DNA from: Chiloscyllium plagiosum
Taxonomy: Eukaryota
DNA length: 64,000 nt
Direction of reading: 5' to 3'
Assembly: GCF_004010195.1 (NCBI RefSeq)
Contig: NC_057712.1
Coordinates: 68,313,872-68,377,871 of the forward strand
Of the stretch, positions 13,149 to 26,614 are shown piece after piece. The stretch's first letter is position 1, and each line of letters opens with the position of its first letter. The position numbers and the translations under genes are program-made. The notes under the pieces were generated by a model, which ran no database searches, was not told the origin of the DNA, and saw only the letters and a program-made list of their open reading frames with translations.

Positions 13149-13789
13149 CTGCAAAGTAAAGCATGGTTGTTGTGTCCAAAACAACTTCTTCAAACACAGA
13201 TTCTGTTACCATACAGTGATCTAGCGGAAACACCAGTAGCAATACTCTAATTGTAATTCTATTAGTAGTTCTCGCTAACCATCATATAGTAAGAGTTTTC
13301 CTTAAAAGATAAAAGGACCAAATTTCCCAATGCTTTCACTAAGGCAACACCCACATCAAGGCACAAAGGTCAGAGAAAGGGTGCAGCAAACAACCTACCT
13401 GGAACAATGCCCCTTCACGTTATCTGAAAATCCTCAGTGCTTCCACAAGGTGATGATGTTGGGGAAAAGAACTTGTATATAACCAATGGAAAATGGGCCA
13501 TTGGTTATATACAAAATGAGGCAATGAGGAACAGTTCTAGCTTCACACTTTAATTTTGTTTACATAGTTCGGTTGGGAATGCAAAGACATTAGGAACTGG
13601 GAGTGATGCCAAGAGCTGCACTCTGTGATGGGTTTACTATAGCTCAGATCAAAGAAAAGCCTCTGATTGCAGTTCGCAAGAAATCCATGCCTCCCCCCAC
13701 CATCAGGACAGTAATCAAGCCTCTAGATGTCCAACAGTAGCCAGTAGGGCCCAGGTCAATGGGACATGGCAGAGCTCCAATCGATAACT

Positions 13790-14860
13790 GAAAAAAGTAT
13801 TGGAGTAATCCTTTGCGACACACTACTGCCCCTTTGGTCCTTTTCACCTGCTTCACTGTTCAATATGATCACAGCTGATGATGTTCCCACTTTATTCCCA
13901 TATTCTTTGATCCCTGTAGCCCTAAGAACCATTTTTAATTCCTTCTTGAAAACATTCAATGTTTTGACCTTGACTTCTTTTTGTCACAGAGAATTGCACA
14001 GGTTCACCACACTCAGGGTAAAAAAAAATTCTCATCTCAGTCTGAAATGGTCTACCCAGTATCCTTAGGCTGAGACTCTCCAGTCACTTCAAACATCTGC
14101 CTCTCATTTACCCTGTCGAGTTCTGTTAGAATTTTGTAGGTTTAAGTCATACAGTCATAGAGATGTACAGCACGGAAACAAACCTTTCGGTCCAACTCGT
14201 CCATTCTGACCAAATATCGTAACCTAATCTAGTCCCATTTTACCATCTCTTGGTACATATCCCTCTAAACCCTTCCAATTCATACACCCATCTAGATGCC
14301 ATTTAAATGCTGCAAATTGTACCAGCCTAATTCCCCCTCATTCTTCTAAACCACAGTGAATATAGTTCTAACCAATCCATGCTCTCTTCAAACATCTCAG
14401 GAATTAATCTGGTAAACCTTCATTGCACTCCCTTCAAAGCCAGAAGATCCTTCCTCAGGCAATGAGACCAAAACTGCACACAATGGTCCAGGTGTGGTCT
14501 CACTGAGGGCTTGTACAAATGCAGCAAGACACCCCTACTCCTGTACTTGAATCCTCTCACTATAAAGGCCAATATTACATTGGTCTTCTTCACTTTCCCT
14601 GCATGCATACATTCAGCGACTAGTGTACCTCAAGACATGTTGCAACTCTCCCTTTCCCAATCGATTGCCACTCAGATCATCTGCTTTCCTGTTTGCATCT
14701 CTGTATACTCTTCACAGTTCACCATCCCACCCAGCTTTATGTCATCTGCAAACTTGGGACATTAAATTTAGTTCCCTTATGTAAATCATATATAGTGAAT
14801 AGCTGGGCTCCAAGCACTGATCCCTGTGGTACCTCAATAGTCATTGGCTGCCACATGGAA
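13790..14860 (-). mobile_element. CR1 LINE RT/3' fragment with a nested younger CR1 3' end (about 14145-14328)
   Basis: VPQGSVLG, LYKPSVRPHLDHCVQFW in minus ORFs; the nested piece begins AGTCATAGAGATGTACAGCACGG (reverse of the GACTCTAT tail). Confidence 0.75.
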
Positions 14861-15364
14861 AATTGAAGGAAAAATGAGGCTGTAGCCAATGCGAGAGAAG
14901 AGTTCACATTCTTGGCACATCGCAATGAATCCTAGAACAAGGGAAGATGACAGACTTGAATTGAATTGAAATGCTTTGACTAATCAAACATAAACATTTA
15001 TTTGCTCAGAGGGCAAACAGTGCAATGAGGGATGTTTTAAACTAATTCAGTGTCTGGAAAGTGCAAATAAAATTCATGTTTGAAGCTAGGAAGGAACAGT
15101 CAGGCAAATAAAACAATTAGAACTGAAATTGAAGGTGTGCCTGAAATGACCAGTATAAAAATATTATCAGAGAAGAGGAGAAACAAAGTATGTGGCAGCA
15201 GTACATCAGAAAGGGAAAGGGACATCAAACAATGAAATGAAAAACCCACAAAGAAAATTAAGAGGCAATGTTCCAAACTTTACAATCATGTAAAACAGGA
15301 ATGTACAGAACATTTAAACAGTCTTGTAAAAGAAACGTAACAAGCGCTTTGGTATTTTAGGGGT

Positions 15365-17480
15365 AATGAATGGTGCTGAACATTGCACAATCATCCACGA
15401 ACATCCCCACTTTTGACTTTATGATGGAGGGAAGATCATTGATGAAGCAGCTAAAGATAGTTGGGTCTAGGACACTACCCTGAGGAACTCCAGCAGAGAT
15501 GTCCTATAGCTGAGGTGATTGACCTCCAACAACCACAACCATTTTCCGATCATAGGATCATTGAATCCCTACAGTGTGAAAACAGGCTATTTGGCCCAAC
15601 AAGTCCACACCAACCCTCCAAAGAATAGCCCACCCCAGACCCATTCCCCCACCTTGTTACTCTACATGTTTCCTGACTAATACACCTAACCTACACAAAC
15701 CTGAACATGATGGGCAATTCAGCATGGCTGATTCACCTAACCTGCATAATCTTTGCACTGTGAGAGGAAACTGGAGCACCTGGAGGAAACCCATGTAAAC
15801 ACAGGGAGAATGTGCCAACTCCACACAGACAAATGCCCAAGGCTGGAACTGAACCCAGGTCCCTGCCACTGTGAAGCAACAGTACTAACCACTGAGCCAT
15901 CGTGGCACCCAATGTGTCAGGCATGACGCAAAACAGTGGAAAGTTTTACCTGATAACCTTTGATTCCAGTTTTGCTAAGGTTCTTTGATGCTGCACATGG
16001 TCAAATGCAGCCTTGATGTCAAGGGCTGTCACTCTCACCTTACTGCTGGAATTCAGTTCTTTTGTTCATGTTTGAACGAAGGCTAGAATGTGGTCTGGAG
16101 CCGAGTGACCTTGGTGACCCAAACCGAGTGTCTCTGATCAGTTTATTGCTGAGCAATTGCTACTTGATAGCACTGTTGGTGACACCTCCCATTACTTTAC
16201 TGATGATTGAGATTAGACTGATGGGCAATAATTTGCTGGGTTGGATTAGTCCTGCTTTTTGTATCCAGGACATACCTGAGTAATTTTCCACATTGTCAGG
16301 TAGATGCCAGTGGAACAGCTTGGCTAGGGGAGCAGCAAGTTCTGGAGCACAAATCTTCAGTACTATTGGCAGAATGTTGTCAGGGCCCATAAGTTTTCTG
16401 TCTCTAGTACCCCCAAACGTTTCTTGATATCTCGTGCAGTGACTCGAATTGGCTGAAATCTGGTACCTGTGATGCTGGGATCAATGAAGGAGGCCCACGT
16501 GGATCATCCAAATGGCACGTCTGGCTGAAGATTGCTTAGAATGTACAGCTTTATCTTTTTCACTGATGTATTGGGCTCTTCCGCCATTTACAATTGGGAT
16601 ATATATGTAGTTTTCGCTTCCACTGAGTTGTTTAATTGTCCACCACAATCCACGACTGGATGTGGCAGGACTGCAGAGCTTAGGTCTGATCCATTAGATG
16701 GGTCGGGGAGTCCAGAACAAGAAGGCATAGGTTTAGGGTGAGAGGGGAAAGATATAAAAGAGACCAAAGGAGCAACTTTTTCATGCAGAGGGTGGTACGT
16801 GTATGAAATGAGCTGCCAGAGGATGTGGTGGAGGCTGGTACAATTGCAACATTTAAGAGGTATATAATTAGGAATGGTTTGGAGGGATATGGGCCGGGCG
16901 CTGGCAGGTGGGACTAGATTGGGTTGGGATATCTGGTCAGCATGGACAGGTTGGACCGAAGGGTCTGTTTCCATGCTGTACATCTCTATGACTCTATGTG
17001 GGATCACATCACTCTGTCTATCACTTGCTGCTTATGCTACTTGGCACACAAGTAGTCCTATTTGGTAGCTTCAACGGGTTCACACCTCATTTTTAGCTTT
17101 GTATGGTGCTGCTCTTGGCATGCCTTCCTGCACTGTTCATTGAACCACGATTGATCTCTGGCTTGATAGTAATGGTTGTTCAGAGGATATGCCAAGCCAT
17201 GAGGTTACAGTTTGTGTTGGAGTACAATTCTGCTATTGATGGCCCACAGTGCCTCCTGGATAAAGTGAGGACTGCAGATGCTGGAGATCAGAGCTGAAAA
17301 ATGTGTTGCTGGAAAAGTGCAGCAGGTCAGGCAGCATCCAAGGAGCCCTTCTTATGCCTGAAACGTCGAGTGCCTCCTGGATGCCAGTCTTGAGTTGCTA
17401 GACCTGTTTGAAGTCTGTCGCATTTAGCACAGTGATAGCACTATTCAACACAATAGAGGGCATTCCTAATGTGAAGGTGG
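15365..17480 (-). mobile_element. Old CR1/L2-like LINE ORF2 remnant hosting nested insertions (SINE 15555-15908 minus; CR1 3' end 16700-16997 plus; PLE fragment 17262-17368)
   Basis: MGPDNILPIVLKICAPELAAPLAKLF...PISLISIISKVM in ORF 16160-16390; the PLE fragment is flanked by a 14-bp direct repeat AGTGCCTCCTGGAT (17248-17261, 17369-17382). Confidence 0.75.
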
Positions 17481-17744
17481 GATGTAATGGGATGAATTAT
17501 GCTCACCTGAGTGGACACACAGACCCTCAGTTTAATGAGCCATTCAAAAAACAAGCACCTCTTGACAGTGCAGTAACCCACTCAGTAACGAAGTGAAATA
17601 TCAGGCTTGATTTTTGTGCTCAAATGCCAGAGTTACATGCGCACCCACATCCTCCTTCCTTAGACGTAGTGCTACCAACTGGACCAAGGGGATATATTTG
17701 TGGTTACGGTTAGACAAGGATATAAAGGTTATATGGTAGTTTAA

Positions 17745-17957
17745 GGAGAAAGTGAGGTCTGCAGATGCTGGAGATCAAAGTTGAAACTTTATTGCTGGAA
17801 CAGCACAGCAGGTCAGGCAGCATCCAGGGAACAGGAGATTCGACGTTTCGGGCACAGGCCCTTCTTCAGGAAGAAGGGCCTGTGCCCGAAACGTCGAATC
17901 TCCTGTTCCCTGGATGCTGCCTGACCTGCTGTGCTGTTCCAGCAATAAAGTTTCAAC
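17745..17957 (-). mobile_element. Fold-back PLE pseudo-LTR mini-element (perfect 89-bp inverted repeat) with a hammerhead motif
   Basis: Arms 17779-17867 and 17870-17958 with a 2-nt spacer; matches the PLE end at 4110-4234; 15-bp TSD TATATGGTAGTTTAA (17730-17744, 17958-17972); intact hammerhead on the minus strand at 17839-17872. Confidence 0.92.
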
Positions 17958-19016
17958 TATATGGTAGTTTAACAGAATAATTCTATTACATTGCCAGAGT
18001 ATCTTCAAGTGCATTGGATTGACTATTTCTACCCAGAAAGAGTGTTAAGAGAAAGAAGGGAACCTGGACAAATTACCTGTCTCAAATAACTTTCTGAACA
18101 TTCTGCAGATATGGGGAACATCATAATATTTGGCTATTTTAACAATCCCAATATCATAGTTAAAACACAAACAATCTACATTTCTCACCCATCAAGGAAA
18201 GGACCATTACTTTCAAAAACTAAATTTAATAAATCTGGTAAATAACTAATATAGTTCAGTAAGATACAAAAGCATCTGACAAAAATCAAATGGAAACAAA
18301 GTTTAGAAAACAAGTTAGCAGATTAGTGGTAAGTCTTCCAGAAAGAGATTTACAAAGTACAAAACAAATATATTGTTTTGCATCACCGGTGTAACATTGG
18401 TAATGGTGTAACAAAGCAAAAACAAGGACAAATCACGTAACTATATGCCAGTAACCTCTAACCCAATGTCAGTTCGAGAAAATACTTAGAATTCAAGTTT
18501 TATAAAAGTGCAGCTGTGCTTGAACATTTGAGCTTTGGATAACCTGACTGACTGAATAAATAAAGGGAAAACAGGAAATTGAATTTTTGGAACTGAAAAT
18601 GCTAAAACGAATGGAAGAGAGCAGGAAGACAAGCAAAAATAATTTTTCAATGGTTACTCGAGAAAAAAAATTAAAGCTGTCAGTTGGATTTGCCACGATG
18701 CACTAAAACATAATTGCTTGAAATACATATTTATATTAATGCACTGAACTGAATGCCAATGCCATATTCTGGGCAATAACAGATGCTTTGATTTTCCAAC
18801 AACACCCAAACTACTGACTCTGAATCCTTACCCACAAGTATCATGCACTGTGTTACACAACCCATTTTTAACAATGTTTCACAGCAACCAACCAGAGACC
18901 CAATGTCAGGAACTAGCATTACTAGCATAGGTCATTTTGCAATATATAAACAACTAGAGAGGAAAACATTGCTCTCCAACTTCTGATCATCAATAAGAAT
19001 TACATGAATTACCTAC

Positions 19017-19090
19017 TTGGCACACACTGTCCGTTTCATGATTCTTTTTGCCATGTCCTCAGAGGGAATGTGTAGAATCCAGAAAGGGGA
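19017..19090 (-). CDS. TRMT11: TRMT11 coding exon 3
   Basis: tttcag|SPFWILHIPSEDMAKRIMKRTVCA AA|gtaggt; 74 nt. Confidence 0.97.
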
Positions 19091-19874
19091 CTGAAAAATA
19101 AACTTATACATTAAGATACTTGGAATGTCAGGAATGTTAGTGAAGCTTTTAAAAGAACTTTAGTGAACATGAATTAAATTAAAATATGTTGGCATTAAAC
19201 TGAACCTCACATCTGGCAAATTTTGTTGAATGTTACAGGAATTCAAACATCTACATTCATCAGCCTGCAACAAAATGTGCTTTGAAACTGCAAACATTTC
19301 CTAAATTACAACTTTTCACTCTTACTTAGAAGAAAGTGAAAACTATATCACAAACTAGAACTAGAAATAAAACTTCAAATGCAAGAGGTAGAGAAGCCTT
19401 ATTAATCAGACAGACAATCCGATATATTACATAGATGATTTTAAGTGGTATTATCACTGAATTATTTATCCAGAGATCCAGGTGATGTTCCAGTGATCTG
19501 GGTTTGAATCCCACATAGGCAGACGGTGAATCAGAATTTAACAGAAATGTGGAATTAAAAGTCTAATGATTATAAAAGCATTGTCACTTGTTGGAAAACT
19601 CCATCTAGCTTACTAATGGGGTTTCCTTTCGGGAAGGAAACTGCTATCCTTACATGGCCTGGCCAACATGTGACTCCAAACCCAAGGAAACATGGTTGAC
19701 TCTTAACTACCCTCTGGGCAATTAGGAATGGGTAATAAATGCTGGCCTAGCCAGCAAAACACATCCCATAAATGAATAAAAAATAAATTTGTAACAGTTC
19801 TAATATCAAATCCCACAGAAACTCAAGGTGCTCCATGAATCATGAACCAAGGCTAAATTGAATAACAACATAGC

Positions 19875-20411
19875 TGTAATTCTGATCGCCTTCCTATCAG
19901 AAAGATGTTGTGAAACTTGAAAAGGTTCAGAAAAGATTTACAAAGATGTTGCCAGGGTTGGAGGATTTGAGCTATAGGAAGAGGCTGAATAGGCTGGGGC
20001 TGTTTTCCCTGGAATGTCAGAGGCTGAGGGTTGACCTTTACAAGGTTTATAAAATCATGAGGGGACTTGGATAGGGTAAATAGACAAATTATTTTCCCTG
20101 GGGTGGGGGAGTTCAGAACTAGAGGGCATAGGTTTAGGGTGAGAGGGGAAAGATATGAGAAAGATGTAAGGGGCAACTTTTTCACGCAGAGGGTGGCACG
20201 TGTATGGAATGAGCTGCCAGAGGAAGTGGTGGAGGCTGGTACAACTGCAACATTTAAAAGGCATCTGGATGAGCGTATAAATAGGAATAGTTTGGAGGGA
20301 TATGGGTCGAGTGTTGGCAGGTGGGACTAGATTGGGTTGGGATATCTGGTTGGCATGGACAAGTTGGACCAAAGGGTCTGTTTCCGTGCTGTACATCTCC
20401 ATGACTCTATG
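19875..20411 (+). mobile_element. CR1 (HER1-like) LINE 3' fragment
   Basis: TRGHRFRVRGERYEKDVRGNFFTQRVARVWNELP and a 3' UTR ending ATGACTCTAT. Confidence 0.9.
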
Positions 20412-21228
20412 AACTGCACATCCATTTGGATACTTGTGATACCAAATCCTGTTCATTTCTAGATGCACTATAGCTGAAGATGCAAGGGTTTGTGACTTCT
20501 GTATTTTTTCCATTATTTGTCTTATCACATAATATTTGATATCAGTGGCATTACAGCCCCTTGAAGTACAAATACAAGATTCATATAGTATCGGTTAATA
20601 AGAAAAATGCCCCATGGCATCTCACTGAAGCAAATGGAAAATATACATCAAACCACAGGAAACATTATTACAATAACTGAAAGCTTGGTTGAAAACGTGT
20701 TTTAAGGGCAGCCTTAAAATCAGAAGGGTGGTGACAGAGCTGACGATTTAGAGTAGAAGTTGCAGAGCATAGTGGCAGTGATGCTGTAAGCCCTTAACAA
20801 TGAGGCAGAGCTGAATCAATCAAGGCTAAGGGAATGTACTGTCTCACAGCACCTATAATCCATCCACCCCACTCCCATCACCAGTAAATCAGTTTTTCTC
20901 TTTTTTCTTTTTTCATGGGATGTGGGCATTGCTGGCTGGCTAGCGTTTATTGCCAATCCCTAGTTACCCTTGAGAAGGTGGTGGTGAGCTCCTTTTTGAA
21001 CAGCTACAGTCCATGTGCTGTAGATTGCCCAACAATGCCATTAGGGAGGGATTCCAGGATTTTGACTCAGCAACAGTAAAGAATGGCTATATATTTCAAG
21101 ACACGATGGTGAGTGGCTTAGAGGGGAACTTGCAGGTGGTGTTGTTCGTGGATGCGAATGAGTCACAGGAGAAAGAGGGAGCAGAAGAGAAAACAGTCGC
21201 TTTAGCTCTGTCCCCTGGAGCAACTGCT

Positions 21229-21323
21229 GGCAGGTGGGACTAGATTGGGTTCGGATATCTGGTCAGCATGGACAGGTTGGACCGAAGAGTCTGTTTCCAT
21301 GCTGTACATCTCTATGACTCTAT
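21229..21323 (+). mobile_element. Very short CR1 3'-end insertion
   Basis: TGGCAGGTGGGACTAG...CTATGACTCTAT flanked by the direct repeat AACTGC (about 21223-21228, 21324-21329). Confidence 0.75.
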
Positions 21324-21375
21324 AACTGCCCTTCCCCATCTCTGCCTCACTGAAGGGGACTATTGAAGTAAAACT

Positions 21376-21763
21376 ACGTCTGGAATGGAGTCGACCTGAG
21401 CAAGAAAAAGATGCCTAGGGAAAGCATCATCCATTTGGCTTTGTTGCAGTAGAATCCAGATGGTATTTTAAACATAATGAACTGGGAATGTGTTATTCCA
21501 AATGAAAGGCAATGCTGTGCGAAGGTGGGAAGTATAAGGTTTGAATGTTCTTTGAAGATAACTACCCCACATCGCCACCAAAGTGTGAACTTGAGCCTCC
21601 AATATTCCACCAAACGTGTATCTCTCTAGTACTGTGTCTATTCATTCCAGAGAAAAATAAGGATTGGAGACTTGCTATTATTATTAAGCAGATATTACTT
21701 AGAATTCAAGAACTTCTAAACAAACCACCAGTCAAGACCCAGTGCAAGCGACGCATACACAAC
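21376..21763 (+). pseudogene. UBE2I: Processed pseudogene of SUMO-conjugating enzyme UBC9
   Basis: Intronless, frameshifted match to UBC9: (ACG)SG..., [69 protein letters not shown]; contains stops and indels. Confidence 0.9.
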
Positions 21764-22339
21764 GTTTCATAAGACTTCAAATTTTAACATCTATACTTCC
21801 TTCAGAACAGGTTATCTAGCTTGCACTGCCATTCTTCGCTGCTTTTATTTCAAGCATTGAATGTCTGAAATATATCACCTTTTGGCCTTAATTAATTTAC
21901 AGGTACTAAACAGGATGGAATCCATTATATCGGTAAGGTGGAAGAGGAGGTGGAAATTGACCCAGGAGAACATGGCTAAGGTTTCATGTATTGAAAAATT
22001 AGGCGAGCAATCATGCCTGGAATGCACAGGGAGCAGTATATGTATGAGTGTGGAAAATGATAGTCAGCAACAGCCATTGAACATTGCTTACATTTTTCTA
22101 TCAAGAAACTTTAACATGCCTTTGTAATTTTTGTGATACAAACAGATTATTGCACAATCACTAATATAAAAAGACAACCTCACATACTAATTAGTATATA
22201 TGTTCCAGAACATGACAACATACCAAGCAAACAAAGACTGTAATATAACTTGAGATTTCTCAGAATAAATATAAGCAAAATAAGTAGTGTGATGTGATTA
22301 TCTGTGCATTTAGTGGTAAAAGTTAAGGATGTACCATAC

Positions 22340-22405
22340 CTTTTCATCAAAGCTTTCTTCACATTTTAATTGTCCAGCACAAAGAGAAAACAGGGATTTT
22401 AGTTC
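22340..22405 (-). CDS. TRMT11: TRMT11 coding exon 2
   Basis: ttacag|ELKSLFSLCAGQLKCEESFDEK|gtatgg; 66 nt. Confidence 0.93.
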
Positions 22406-24819
22406 CTGTAACAAAAAGATAGGTGGTTGGCAATGGCGCATATAAAAACCCTGAAAAGCTGCCGAATCAAAACCCTTCTGAATTAAAAGAATACTCACTT
22501 AACAAGTACTTCCTTGATTATCAAATAAGACTTTCTGATTGGAGTTTCAATATCCCTCTAACATCTTTTTGTTTGGGACAGTTTAGGTGTGTTTAATGAT
22601 AGCTACATTATTGCATTAAAGGATAAATATTATTAAAATTTATATGATTCTTCCTACCTTTGTAGGTGGTCTTGACAATCACTCTATCCAAGAGTCTGAA
22701 TCTAATGGCTTAGCAACCAACAATAAGGTGACGTTAAAATTACTTCAGATGTTCATATCATCAACATTGAATAACAAAAGCATAGACAGTGAAGATGGTT
22801 CCTGTTTGGAATAATGAATGAATGGCACACAAGGTGAATAGGCAAGGTTGCTTAAATATTTCATCAGTGTGGACCTTCAATATGAGAACTATCCACTTTC
22901 CATTCTTGGACCAGGTTGCACCAGCAGTTACTAACCATTTTGCATCATAAGGACAGATCTTGTGCTAGATAATACATATATGCACACTGATCAAAATCAT
23001 GCTGACCATAGGAAATAGTAAGCCTTTTGGCCTCGCGAGCCTGCTTTGCCATTCAATAGGATAACGGCTGATCCAACATTCTTCGCATGCACTTTCCTGC
23101 CCTTTCCCCGGAACCTTGATCAAACGAGGAATCAAGGATTTTATCTACCTCAGAGTTAAACATTCACAAGGTCTCTCTGTCCTCACAGCTCACTGTGACA
23201 AAGAGTTTTAAAGAGTTTCAACCCTCAGACGAAATTCCTCCTTATCTCAATTTTAAATTGGCATCCCTTTATTCTGAGACTGTCCCCTCTGGTCCAAGAT
23301 TCTCTCATCAACGGCACCACCATCTTAGAGTGAACCCTATCAAGTCCCTTAAGAAATCCTATATCTTTCAATGAGATCACCTCTCATTCCTCTAAATGAA
23401 CAGCTCAAATTATGATCATGTAAAAATTTTCATACACATTAGAGAGATCATTCATCTGTAGAGCTGAAGTATCAGAGGAGAAATAACAGTACTCGAAGCA
23501 AACAAAATATCTGTTCACGCAATATGTGTGAATGCACCATCTACAAAGTTTACAACAGTATAAGAATTACTTATTAGTTTAGATAAAAGGTTTTTTTTTA
23601 TTGTTATGATACTGTTAGAGTATTCATCAAACCATCATGAATACAACTTAACTAACAAGGAGAAGTGGTTAAACTAAGTTGCTGCTCCTTTCTATAGGGT
23701 CAAGACCATTTCGCAGCCCTGAGTCTTACATCACTTTTTTTGTAGGGCCCACTAGCAAAAGGTATAGGATTAAGTCTTGATAGCCAGGAAAGCAGGAAAT
23801 CCTCACAGAGGGAAGCCAGCTCTGCATTACAGGGTGTGGGTGAAATTTACACTTCTTGGGAAAGCACCAGAGCTGTAGCAGAGACATGATCAGCCACCCG
23901 ACTATCGTTGTGTGAAGCGATTGTTATTAGAGCTCACACTTCATGTGAATTTGAATGAGATGCAGAGAGACTGCAAGCACCTGGGGCATGAACTATATTC
24001 AGCAAATGATCTATGGAAATAGAAGGTGATTATGGTGACCTTTGCCCTTATTAGTGGAGGCACTGAAGACAAGAGCAAAGAGCTTATGATACAGCTCTAC
24101 AGAACACCAGTTAGGCCACAGATGGAATATTGTGAGCAGTTCTGGTTGTTACACAATATGAAGGGTGTGACTGCATTCAAGAGGATGCAGAGAAGATTCC
24201 CCAGGCTGTTATCTAGGCAGGGAATTATTCAGTTATAAAGAAAAACTACAAAGAGTTGAGGTGTTTTTCCTTGGAGGGGGGTTGGAATCTTTTTGTAGAG
24301 TACAAAATTGAGGGACATAGACAAGGTACACAGTGAGAAATCTTTCCCCTCAGTTCAGAGGTCAATATCCAAGGGCCAAATTTTTATGCTAAGCAGCTGG
24401 TTTAGAGGGGATTTGAGGGTTTTTTTTCACCCAAATGAGTTGTGGGGATCTAGAACACTGAAAGAATAGAAAAAGCAGGGGCCCTACAGACATTTAGAAA
24501 ATACTGAGATGACCACATGAAATGCCATAATATACAATCCATAGGTCAAGTGTTGGAAAATGGGTTTTGAATCAAAAACAGAAATTGCTGGAAAAAGTTA
24601 ACTTTTTTTTCCATATGTTGTTTGTCCAGCACTTTTGTTTTTCAGATTTCCAGCATCAGCAGTTAATCAATTCTTTGAATTGTTTTGGAACAAGTGGATG
24701 TTTTATGCCAGGAGCAGACACGATGGACCGAGTGGCCTCCTTCCTTGCTGTAAAAACTGACTCCTGCAGCTGCTGGGAATTTGAAACACAAAAAGCTGCA
24801 AATTCTCCTCTTGTTCTGG

Positions 24820-25085
24820 AAGTGAATCCGCGGTGCCAGGTCTGACCGAGAGTTCAATCCCATCTCCGGTTTTCACCGGGCGGCCAGAACCCAGGCCCAA
24901 CTCGGACTCACCGGGAGCCGGAATTCCAGGTTTTCTTGAGCCAAAAGCAGCAAAAACCTCCTACACACGTTCCCACTGGAAAGCGCCATGTTCCCGTCCG
25001 TCAACAAAACCATCCCGTGCTCCGCCAGAGCCGCGACTCTTGGTTCCGGGACTGACTCGCCCTCTACCTCGACGATCACCTTCTC
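24820..25085 (-). promoter_or_regulatory. Small CpG-rich promoter/first-exon region of TRMT11
   Basis: Local rise in GC and CpG around exon 1 within a CpG-depleted background. Confidence 0.6.
24912..24989 (-). CDS. TRMT11: TRMT11 coding exon 1
   Basis: aacATGG Kozak context; MALSSGNVCRRFLLLLAQENLEFRLP|gtgagt; QExLEFRLP is the Trm11 N-terminal signature. Confidence 0.96.
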
Positions 25086-25975
25086 ACCATTGACTTCCTT
25101 TTACATCAATCAATACTTGCTTTTTCTTTAAAAGAACTCTTCCAAATTGTATTCTTCTGTTATATTTGTTGTGTTATTCTTAGATTCGAACCTGTTCTTT
25201 TCATCGTGTTCACAGAATCGTTAAGATGCAGAATGAGGCCATTCGGCCTATCTTGTATATTCTAGACAAAAAACACTAATCTGAGAACCGTTGATACGAT
25301 TTTAAATGAAACTTTCCACACTACACTACTTATAGTATAGAAATACAGAAACTGAAAGCTACATCTCTTTGAAGTGTGTAGTTTGCTAAACAGGACCTCA
25401 GGTTTCTGAAGAAAAACAGGAGTAGAAAATTGAGACGTAGAAAATAGCAGCGGGTATAAATTAGTATGCCCTTTCAGCCTGTTCCACCGCTCAATATGTT
25501 CAGGGCTGATCATTAAACATAGTATCCTGTTTCTGCTTTCACCCCTTATCCTTTGACCCCTTTAGCCCAAAGAACTATGTCTAACTCCTGCTGGAAACAT
25601 TCAATGTTTTGGCCTCAATTACTTTCTATGCAAGAGAATTCCACAAGCTCACCACTCCCTAGGTGAAGAAATTTCCTCTCATCTCAGTCCTAAATAGCTC
25701 ACATTGTGTCTTTAGACTGTGACCTCTGGTTCTGGACTCCCTGGTCATCAAGAATGTCTTTCCTGCATTTATCTTGTCTAGTCCTTTTAGGATTGTATAG
25801 GTTCCTCTGAGATTCTCTTTTCTTACTTCTAAATTCCAGTGATATTAACTAGCTGAAAGTAACCCCAACAAAGGGGAAAATTCTGGTCATCTTCCAATCC
25901 TCTCCACAGCACATTGTCCTAATAAAATATATAATTGTACTACTCATTGCCATTTCTCCACATTAAGCTCTTCTG

Positions 25976-26417
25976 GCAGGTCTGAAGACCTCCTCGTGGG
26001 TCTGCTCCTGGGCCTGGCCAAACTGGCCATCAACAGGTCCAGGCAGCGGGCTGTGGAGGGGGTCGTTAGGGCCGACTGCCTGCCCCTCTTCCGCGGTTAT
26101 GTTAGAGCCCGGGTGTCCTTGGAGAAGGAGCACGCGGTGTCGACCAACACCCTGGAGTTGTTCAGGGAGAGGTGGGCGCCGCAGGGAGTGGAGTGCATCA
26201 TTTCTCCCTCCAACTCTATTTTAATTTAGTCCCTACCCTCCCCTTCACTGTTTTGATCACACAGCACTGCCCTCTGATGTGAAGGGCAGTGTTTGTCACT
26301 GGCCACCCGGGTGTTTTCCTATCTTCTTGGTGGTGGAAATTGAATAAAGATTCGTGCACTTTGTGTCTTTCACTGTGTCTCACACGTATACACACACACA
26401 CCATGGAGAAAAAAAAA
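25976..26417 (+). mobile_element. Tx1-like (L1 clade) LINE 3' end with poly(A)
   Basis: LLLGLAKLAINRSR...FRERW C-terminus, AATAAA at 26343, A tail, 14-bp TSD ATTAAGCTCTTCTG (25962-25975, 26418-26431). Confidence 0.85.
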
Positions 26418-26614
26418 ATTAAGCTCTTCTGTTTGCAACATTTCTTGCAATTCTCCTAGCATGTATATACTACAAAGTGGCTTTTTCTTAGACAAATTAT
26501 CTATCCAGGTAATCACAATAATTTCATACCAAATGTGTCTGCTTTCTAAATTCATTCAGGAGAATGTGGGCTCAGCTGGCTGGGCCAGCAATTAACGTCC
26601 ATCACAGAGGTGGA

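Noticed and set aside
17765-18014. Near-identical ORFs on both strands
   Set aside because: A by-product of the palindrome, not proteins.
21545-21772. Functional short E2 enzyme gene
   Set aside because: Frameshifts and stops, a lost start codon and a disrupted catalytic region make it a pseudogene.
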